Positions 53,979-64,000 of a DNA stretch of 64,000 bases are shown piece by piece. This stretch comes from Octopus vulgaris (lineage: Eukaryota), in the NCBI GenBank assembly GCA_951406725.2, contig OX597817.1, positions 56,110,001-56,174,000 on the forward strand, written 5' to 3'. The notes beneath the pieces were generated by a model. It saw only the letters and a list, made by a program, of their open reading frames with translations. It ran no database searches and was not told the origin of the DNA. A program made the position numbers and the translations under genes. The first letter of the stretch is position 1. The number at the start of each line of letters is the position of its first letter.

Positions 53979-54660
53979 CACTACCACCACCATTACTACC
54001 AACGCTGTCTTCCTTACTTTGTAATCACTGCTAACACCAGCGACTCACTGCCAACAACGTCTACCATCCACCATTTTTGTTCCATTCTGGTAAGAATACT
54101 GCAGCGCTTGCACTCATGCAAATACAATTACCACCACCACCACTATTACTACTGCAACTACTACAACTGCTACTACTACTATTACTACGACTACTACTAC
54201 TACGAGGAAAGCAGTCTGGGATTCTACGACAACCAGCAGAGTGAGCCCTTGCGTGTCGGTCTTAGAAATAGCAAGATGATACCTACTGAAGATCTGAGGC
54301 ACCCAAGACTTTTGCTGATAATTCCCAACCTCACCAAGAGATGAAATCTCAGGTGAAAAGGAAGATCCCAGTATTTCGTCCTTTCAATTCTTTTCCCTGA
54401 ATAATACAATTTTCCTGTTCATTTCGGTCAAAGGAATGCGGTGATTACAAAAATGGACTCGGCTAAAGACCAGATCTGACGTGCAGGCAACAACAGCTTG
54501 TCGATAAAGCTCCATAAGTTTTCAAAGATCTAATACTAACGAGTGTGTACAAAAGGTTTCCACGTTGTGCCACGACGACCTCCATTAGACTCTATGAAAT
54601 ACAACTAGTGACTCACATAAATCCTATCAGTAATAAGACCGAACTTGAGCCAAACCAAAA

Positions 54661-55330
54661 ATCTTAGCACCAGTGGAGAATAAATCAAGATATGGCAGAA
54701 TTGCCTAATATCTGCACTTTGTTAATATGCAGACATTATAAAATCAAAGCCGCCGACAATTGGTATAATCAACACTCTATGTCTGTAACTGAGGGAGAAG
54801 ATAGAATCATTCTCTGAGACTTTCCAGTAAATACAGACTGGACCATCAAAACTAATAAGCTGGATACTGTTTATTGATCGTCATGAGTATTCCTGGTGAT
54901 CATAATATCTCGGCAAAAGAATTCGACAAGCTCGGAACATATAAAGATTTAACTCATTAAAATTGCAAAAATGTAGCATTTCAAGGCGGTTACAATACCA
55001 GTGATTGTAGGAGCTCTAGGAATTATCAAAAACGCAACTGAAAATTATTTGCGAATGATCTTTGGTTTATCATCCTTACAAGAAGAGCAAAAGATGGTTT
55101 TAACTGGTACGTCACACGTATTGAAAAGAGTATTGTCCAAGTGAGAACGGTTGCTACCCATGTTGTTTTAATTGCTGTTTTCTTTCACATAGCTTCATTT
55201 TATTTTGTAAACGAATAATCTATTGTGTTTATTTTAATGGCTTATCAATGTATACAGTGAGTTTCTTTGCCCTAGGAGTCGGGAAGGCACTCAAGAAGAA
55301 ATGGAAACAAAGTTGAAAGAAGAAAAACTC
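54661..55330 (+). mobile_element. Decayed R4/Dong-clade non-LTR retrotransposon 3' end (restriction-like endonuclease domain plus 3' UTR)
   Basis: Manual translation across stops and frameshifts: ILAPVENKSRYGRIA*YLH..ICRHYKI..WYNQH..IL*DFPVNTDWTIKTNKLD..CLLIVMSIPGDHNISAKEFDKLGTYKDL..IPVIVGALGII..QKMVLTGTSHVLKRVLSK* (stop 55142-55144). Followed by ATAATAA. Confidence 0.85.
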
Positions 55331-56121
55331 ATAATAAGAATCCTCTTCTATTATAGGCACAAGGCCTGAAATTTTGGTAAAGGGTAAAAGTCTTTGACAT
55401 CGAAAATATGATGAAATGCAGAGTAGACCTCGGCGGAATTTGAACACAGACCGTATAGATGGATGCTGCGAATCAATTTACCCGGCATGCTAACGATCCT
55501 GCCAACTCGCCATAGAGATAATAAAGACAATTATATTCTCCATGGTGAAAAAAAAATGAAAATAGCGAACTAATTATTGAGATAACAACGCTAAATGATT
55601 AGAAAGATGTATAGAAGTGAACTGAGATGAAATAATAGCGACTTAGTTATTGAATTAAACACATAATGACAATTAAGGAATGCGTCTATCATCTCCTTGG
55701 TAATTAGTACAACTGGAATGAGACACAAGCCTAGGTCCACGTGCACTGCAGTTCATGCGTGCGCATGTGTGTGAAGGGTTGTTGCGCGTGAACGAGTGTA
55801 AGTGTGTGTGTGAGTGTATTTTTGCACGAAGAGAACGTGCATATGAGTGTATATGAGTGTATATGTGTGTGTTATAGTGTGTGTGTGTGTGTGTGTGTGT
55901 GTCGGAGTGTTTTTTGCACGAAGAGAGCGTGCATATGAGTGAGTGTGTATGTGTGTGTGTTTGTGAGTGTATGTGTGTGCGCGCGCATGCGCTTATTTGT
56001 GTCCATGTCTGCCGGTGCACACGGACAGAGGGTTACATAAAGGTTTCGACAGGTTTTCGTGAAACGACCAGCTATAAATGTAATTGTGTCTCAATGCGCG
56101 TGCGTGTGTGTGTGTGTGTGC

Positions 56122-56161
<40 letters not shown>

Positions 56162-56847
56162 ACGTGTGTGTGTGTGTGCACGTGTGTGCCTGTATGTTTC
56201 TTTCTATCGTGTGTACAGAAAGCTCAGCTTGTTTCTGTTTTATGCATTTCAATTTCCTGCGCGTACTGTCCTTTAGTGGATGTCAGGACGACAGATTCCA
56301 GACGAGGAAAATAGTTGAGATTCTTATTCGCTGCTCTTCTTCGACTGTTTATGATTCCATGAGGATCAGTATTCCAATGGTAGAATATTCCACATGACAA
56401 CGTCTCGGACTGTCCATATATATATATATATATTGTGCTCTCATCATATGATATATTATTGTGAATCCCTTGAGAGTATGTATACACACACACATACACA
56501 GATATACACACACACAGACACACACACACACATACTCATACACACACACTCATATACACAGATATACACACACACACATAGACTCACATACACACACACA
56601 CACACATATTCTTTTATTCATTTGTTTCAGACTTTTGACTGCGGCCATGCTGGAGCACAGCATTTAGTCGAACATATCGATCCCAGGACTTATTCTTTGT
56701 AAACCTTGTACATATTCTATCGGTCACTTTGCTGAACCGCTAGCTTGCGGGAACGCAAATACACCAACATCGGCTGTCAAGCGATGTTTATAGGGGTGAG
56801 GACAAGCAAATGCACACAAACATACACAAACACACACACACACACAA

Positions 56848-56902
<55 letters not shown>

Positions 56903-57064
56903 CGACAGGCTTCTTTCAGTTTCTGTCTAGCAAATCCACTCACGAGGCTTTGGTCAGCCCGAGGCTAAAGTAGAAGACACTTGTCCAAGACACTTGCCCA
57001 ACCCGGAACAATGTGGTTGGTAAGTAATCAGGTAATCTGTTTACTACACAGCCATTCCCGCACT

Positions 57065-57171
<107 letters not shown>

Positions 57172-57557
57172 GTGTGTGTGTGTGTATGTATTCATGTATG
57201 TATGTACGACGAGCTTCGTTCTGGTTTGATAATGTTGATAATGGTTCCAAATTTTGCCACAAGCGCAGCAATTTGAGGGGAGGGGCCAGTTGATTATATC
57301 AACCCCAGTGTTTCACTGGTACTTATTTTATCGGCCCTGAGACGATAAAAGGTGAAGTCGACCTCGGTGGAATTTGAACTGAGAACGTAGCAACGAGCGA
57401 AATACTGCTAAGCATTACGTCCACCGCTCTAACGATTCTGCCATGCTCGCCGCCTTCATGGTACTGCTGATAAGGACGGCGAAGACGATGATGATGATGA
57501 TAATGTTGAAGATGGTGATGACGGGGGGGATGATAACGATGACATAGCTGCAACACC

Positions 57558-57601
<44 letters not shown>

Positions 57602-58391
57602 CAGCAGTATCAGCTGTATAGTAGTGTCAATACAAGCGGTGAGAATCGCGCTGCAATAGTAACAAGAACACACGATGCAGAAATATATTGCAGCAACTAA
57701 TGCACATACAACAGTGCAGTTATGTCACTGCATTTGACAACGCAACACTACCCTGCACCGCGGTGCACTATGTCGCCACCCGATTTTACTCAGTAGCTCT
57801 ACCCTGCCGTATAACACCATAATTCATTCTATTATATTGCACAATGCCTGAAATTTTACAAAGTGGGAGGTTAGTTGAGTACATGGATGCCCTGTCCCCA
57901 ACTGGTACTTATTTTAGCGACCCTGAGAGGACAAAAAGCAAAGCTGACTTCGGTGGAATTTGAACTCAGAACGTAAAGACGAGCGAAATGCCACTGAGCA
58001 TTGTGCTAAAGATTCTATCACCTAGACACCTTAATAATCCTTTCTACTGGAAGCACAAGGCCTCAAATTTGGGAGAAGAGATTAAGTCAATTACATCGAC
58101 CCCAGGACTCGACTGGTACTTAATTTATCGGCCTCGAAAGGATGAAAGGCAAAGTCGACCTCAGCAGAATTTGTACTCAATACGAAATACCGCTGGAAGG
58201 ATCATTAGCACGGTGGGCGAAATGCAAAGCTGTATTTCGTCTGTTCAAATTCCGCCGAGGTCGACTTTGCCTTTCATCATTTCGGGGTTCTATAAATTAA
58301 GCACCAGTAAAACACTGGAGTCGATGTAATCGAATTAATCCCTTCTCTCACACAATTTCAGGACTTGTGCCTTTATTAGAAAGGAGGAGTG

Positions 58392-58474
<83 letters not shown>

Positions 58475-59130
58475 TCATATGAGCCAGCCACCTTTTGCGT
58501 TAACAGTTTCCCCGACAGCGTTAAGGATGAGGCAGGAGTATAGGCGGCGGGTGGAAAGTGAGGTAATTTCTTAATTAATTTTTCAATTATTTTTCGAAAA
58601 TTTTATTTCACTTTTATTTCGTTTTCTCTTTAATTTCATTTTCTCTTTCCAAATGAATTTTATTGCTTTGCAATTTTGTCATTTCTTATATTTTCTTTGT
58701 TTTCCTCTTTATAAGCGCAAGCGTGGTTGCGTGGTAAGATGCTTGCTTTCCAATTATATAGATCGGTGTTCAATCCTGCTGCGTGATACCTTGGGAAGTG
58801 CCGTCTGCTATAGCCTCGGGCCGACCAAAAGCTTGTGAGTGGGTTTAGTAGACAGAAACCGCAAGAAGCCCGTCATATTTATATATATGAGGCCAACTAT
58901 GAAATGGGAGAATGACCAACAAAGTTAGCCGTTGAGGTTAAGAATATAGTTCGTGAAAGGGTGTAATATGATATCTAAGATCAGCGACCCGGGTGAGAAG
59001 GGAGTCTGATAGATTGCTTATATATATGTGTGTAAGTATGTATATACATACTCTTTACTCTTTTACTCTTGCACTTTTTTCAGTCATTTGACTGTGGCCA
59101 TGCTGGAGCACCGCCTTTAAAAAAACATAT

Positions 59131-59195
59131 TGGCCAGTATGGGGCTCGAACCGACGGCATTCGCGTTATTAGCACGACGCTCTAACAAATTGCTA
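59131..59195 (-). pseudogene. tRNA-Ile(AAT) pseudogene
   Basis: Minus strand TAGCAATTTGTTAGAGCGTCGTGCT-AAT-AACGCGAATGCCGTCGGTTCGAGCCCCATACTGGCCA. The anticodon arm, T-loop and 3' acceptor strand are present. The 5' acceptor strand is lost and the D-arm is shortened. A T7 run lies 5 nt downstream. Confidence 0.85.
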
Positions 59196-59202
59196 TACAT
59201 AT

Positions 59203-59258
<56 letters not shown>

Positions 59259-59263
<5 letters not shown>

Positions 59264-59463
59264 ATGGGGTTTTAGTTCACAGGTGATCAAAACGACTAGG
59301 TTCGCTAGGTAAGTGCTGTGACGGCTTACAAGAGCTCCGCGGTTACAGCCGTTACGGTAGTTATGGAGCCATTGCTGATTTCCGATACAGCGGATATATA
59401 ATTGTTAGAGAGGACAACAAACGTTAAGGCAAGGCAAACATCTCAAGTCATATACGTTATTAT
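59259..59463. repeat. 205-bp dispersed repeat, copy 2
   Basis: See 31844-32048. Confidence 0.85.
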
Positions 59464-59687
59464 TACGTTATGTTATGTTAGGAACGTAGAAGAGTACAGT
59501 ATAAAGCTCGACAACCTTCAGATTTCACCCTGTGAAATCCAGTAGTAGTACCAGTATTCTATCTACTTCCAGATTTGAGTTTGGTCTTCTGACGTTTGTG
59601 GTTATTATATATATATACAAGAATATAAATATATTTGTATGTGTGTGCATGTGTATATATAAATATATAAATATATATATATATGTG

Positions 59688-59719
<32 letters not shown>

Positions 59720-60449
59720 AATATACATAAATATAAATATATATATATATATATATGTGCATGTATATATATATATATATATATATGAATATATATATAT
59801 ATATATATATGTGCGCATGTATACATATATACATATATATATGTATGTGTGTGTGTTTGTAAGTATGTATATATATATATGCATAGATATATGCTTATAT
59901 ATATATATACTATAAGTGTGTATGTGAGTGTGCATGTGAGTATGCGTGTATGTAGGTGTCAGTATATATATCAATATGTGTATCTTGTATCTTGGCAGTC
60001 TCCATATATAAGTGTGTGCGCGCTCGTGCGCGTATGTCTATACGTGCGTTTGTGTGTGTGTATCTTTATCTGAGCAGACAGCGACTTGGCTTTTATCGGA
60101 ATACACAAAAACCTGAACACCATTGATTACCATCAAAGAAACAGCTGCGAATGATACAGAAGAACAACAACAACGAGAAGAAGAACATGAATTATTTACA
60201 ATTAATCATATCCAAGAACGATGGTGCTGGATAAGAGCATCATCCAAGCAGACAAGTCAGCTAGCAATCCAGCCTAACAGATCGATAAATGAAGAAATTA
60301 ATAGAGACGAAAATCGATGACTAAGAAGAAATGGTGAAGACGATTTAACGGCATTTTGTATTTGTTAAACGAGGTTAATTGAGGAGAGGAAATGTAGACA
60401 ATCACCTGTAAATACTAACACGTACAGATATGCAATAGGTGTGCACGCG

Positions 60450-60539
<90 letters not shown>

Positions 60540-60620
60540 GAGATGTATTACTATGTATCTTTGAATGGATGCGCGTCGCGTCTATATATATATACATTTA
60601 TATTTACATACATTAATAAA

Positions 60621-60665
<45 letters not shown>

Positions 60666-61006
60666 ACAAAGTGAGATAGGGGTTGTGAGTGTAACCCTCT
60701 ATGGGATAACATATATCCAATATACTGCCAGTAAATTACCCAGTAAAGTTAATACATAAATGCTGATGATTGATTAAAGTGCATTCCTCCATTTTCTTAT
60801 TTTGTACATATATATATATATATATACACATATACGACGGGCTTCTTCCAGTTTCTATCAAATCAACTCACGAGGCTATAGTAGAAGACACTTGCCTAAG
60901 GTGCCACGCAGTGGGACTGAACCCAGAACCATGTGGTTTGTAAGCAAGCTACTTACCATACAGCCGCTCCTGCGCCTACTATTTATGGTTATGTAATATG
61001 TATGCG

Positions 61007-61040
<34 letters not shown>

Positions 61041-61286
61041 TGTATGTATGTATGTATGTATGCATATATATATACATACATATACAGAGAGAGAAACACA
61101 GACAGACAGAGAGATATATAGGAAACTTACTGAGGGGTGTCTTGTAATAATCTGTATGCGCCAGAATCGATCGATCGATCCATCCATCCATCCATTTATC
61201 TATCCATCCATCGGTCTATCTATGTATCTATCTATCTATCTATCCATTCGCCCATCCATCCATCTATCTACCGATAGATAGATACT

Positions 61287-61354
<68 letters not shown>

Positions 61355-61912
61355 CAGACAGATTGTTGTATGTATATGTACATATAATTTTAGATATCTG
61401 TACGTATATACAGATATATACATATGTAAAAATATATACGAAAATATACACCTCCACACACACACTCACGCACAAGCACACACGCACATATATATATATA
61501 CTACACGATTTTCACGTCTTTTTATATCAATATATGAAAGGTGTCATTTATATTTTAATGGTCGACATTCTAATATAATACACACTCACACACACACAAA
61601 CACAACAAGGCACATAAACTTATCCACTGACAACACCTAAACTCGAGCACATTTTCACACACACACACACACACATACTTATGTACGTATTTATGTATAT
61701 ATGCTTCTTTGACATCAAATATTGGCGAATTTTATCACAGATGCAATAAATATAGAAATATTTATTGTATCTACCCCTCATTGTCTGCTGCATATTTACG
61801 TGTGTGTGTGTATGTGTGTGTGTGTGTGTGCGTATTTGTATCTGTGTCTCTGTGTCTTTGTGTATGTGTTCGTATGTGTATGCCTGTATGTCTGTATGTG
61901 TGTGTGTGTGTG

Positions 61913-62082
61913 CAGGTGCGTTCCCATAAATTTTTCGAAGGGAGGGCAGAGGGTCGGAAGGGAATACAATTCCAAGAGAAAAGGGCGTAATAACATTATT
62001 TAGAAATGTGCACTTCTTTTCTAAAGGAGGGGGGGCACGTGTCCCCCCTATTATTAGCCCCCCCCCCCCGAGCCCGCTCCTG
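61913..62082. mobile_element. hAT-like MITE
   Basis: Imperfect TIRs CAGGTGCGTTCCC / GAGCCCGCTCCTG with a subterminal GGGGGGCAC..CCCCC hairpin, inside a (TG)n array. Confidence 0.55.
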
Positions 62083-62098
62083 GTGTGTGTGTTTGTGT

Positions 62099-62139
<41 letters not shown>

Positions 62140-62165
62140 TGTATGTGTGTGTGTGTGTGTGTGTT

Positions 62166-62200
<35 letters not shown>

Positions 62201-62229
62201 TAAGCGTTGACATGGCTGTAAGGTGGGGT

Positions 62230-62880
62230 AGCTCGGTTCTTGAACCACGTTGGATCGCGGATGTCTAGTGCTCCAGTCACTTCTCCAAAGGTACAGAGTC
62301 TAAAATCTTGTTGATATTCCATAAACGAGGCAAAGCTAGTTCCGATAAGTATAATTTTGGACTGAACGCAAAGTTCACTGTAACAGACAGTTTGTCTATA
62401 GAACTACGACAGTACAATTGACATCAGAACAGAACCACAAACGTGTCAACCCTGTGAGAATCAAAACCTTCTGTCATGAACTTCACAGACGTTCGATACT
62501 TTGGGAAGAGTGCAATTGCTAAACGTCTTCTATCACCCAACAAGATTAATAAGCAAGGACGGGAGAAATGGTTTCTAGTCTATTAAGAGATGGGGAATTG
62601 CTTCTAGTCAATTAGAAGCGGCCGATGGCTCACTGGCATATTGTAATCTTTGGTAATTCCTCGTCCATATTTTTCTGCCAAATGCGGGTGAATTTACGTG
62701 TGAGATGCAACTCAAAGAAGCCTTCAACCCTAATTGTTTGGCACCTGTCGTAAATGATAAGGGTGGTTTTGTGAACATTCGCACACTCAAATCTCGGGAT
62801 CTTCTTGACTTTTTAGTTGCTCAACACGGCTAAGATTGTCCGAGGAATTTGGCTGTTCATGTCCATCCTACGTAACATTG
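62230..62880 (+). mobile_element. Decayed Tc1-family transposase
   Basis: YFGKSAIAKRLLSPNK and KEAFNPNCLAPVVNDKGGFVNI resemble the Tc1 motifs R.A.KKPLL and CL.PTVKHGGGSVM. Confidence 0.7.
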
Positions 62881-62941
62881 TTAAAAGATATAGATGTACA
62901 CATACACATTATACAATGACTAATATATCGAAAGAAACAAG

Positions 62942-63010
<69 letters not shown>

Positions 63011-64000
63011 GGGCGGTAGTGGCACCGCGGTACTTTTTCACAAGAGTCTGGATCTCAAAGTAAGGACAATATTCGTAGACCCGGAGGGTAGACTGGTCGT
63101 CCTGGATGTCGACGGCAGCAATGGGTGCGCTTTTCGACTCGTATCAGTCTACGCACCGCCCTTAACAGGTCGGGCGGATTTCTTTCAACGTCTAGAAGTA
63201 TTCTTGGGAACGTCTCGTCCTTTACTCTTAGTGGGGGATTGGAATGCTACCTTGGACACGCATGTAGACTACGTGGGTAGAGATAGGAATAGACGGGGAT
63301 GCAAATGCCTCAGAGACCTGCTCAGACGCTTTCAACTGTCTCGACAGGTTCCGACTAGACCACCCGAATGCGCCAACGTGGACATGGAGCAACCGCATCG
63401 GGTCGTCGAGATCGTATCTAGATAGGATACTGTGTAGGACAGTAGACAGAGATAGCATAGGATGTCCACAATTCCACATAGTCAGCTACACGGATCACAA
63501 ACTTGTGACATGTACGCTAGACTTAGGTAAGACACTTAGGCAGGGTCCAGGATACTGGAAACTAAACGCGTCTTTCCCATCGAGACAGGTTTTCAGAGAC
63601 CGGATTAGCACACTAGTAAAGAGGGCTTTGACGGGAGCCATCATCAACAACAAATGGTGGTTTGCCCTCAAGAGAGCAGTAAAAAGCAGAAGCGATTAGG
63701 TACAGCAAAGCACTAGCCATAGATAGAAATAGAGTAGAGGGTGAGCTAGTTAAGAAGCTAGAAGAGGCAATTAGAAGCGGTATCGTATCCGACGTTTTGG
63801 CGGCGAGGTTGGCCCTCGACCAACACTTCAACGCCAAACACGAAGGATGTGCTGTAAGAGCTAGGATGCGTGCTCTAAGGAACGAAGGTGTTGGAGCCGC
63901 GAGAGAGGCCCGGGTGGCAGAGGCGCAACAGGGCAACAAAGCCACCATTCGGTCCCTGGTAGATGAACAGGGGCGCGAATTGCTCGAGCCAAGTAAAATG
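63011..64000 (+). mobile_element. Tx1-clade (L1-like) LINE ORF2, 5'-truncated within the APE endonuclease, running off the window
   Basis: GTAVLF...DPEGRLVVLDV...VSVYAP...LVGDWNATLD, then across a frameshift (~63342) WTWSN...SYLDRIL...YTDHKLV...GPGYWKLNAS. A second frameshift lies at ~63685. The 5' junction abuts (TCTA)n at 62942-63010. Confidence 0.9.

Overview
AT-rich, microsatellite-saturated animal DNA, most likely octopus. That attribution is inferred from the SINE families and repeat landscape. I recognise no host protein-coding exon, so the window looks intronic or intergenic, and almost all listed ORFs are microsatellite artefacts. The real content is mobile DNA: a full-length ~6.1 kb Helitron with a near-intact Rep/Pif1-helicase ORF (45476-51614, minus); Tx1-clade LINE copies embedded in (GATA)n arrays; CR1, RTE and R4/Dong LINE fragments; Tc1/mariner and hAT relics; and about 35 tRNA-derived SINE copies in three groups. 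There is also a tRNA-Ile(AAT) pseudogene and minimal hammerhead ribozyme motifs. Most notable: (i) a SINE whose 3' tail matches the GATA-associated Tx1 LINE 3' end and which sits inside another copy of its own family; (ii) a stack of Tx1 3' ends in one GATA array; (iii) a head-to-head pair of hammerhead ribozymes forming a 97-bp-arm palindrome; (iv) SINE bodies and tails combined in a mix-and-match pattern.
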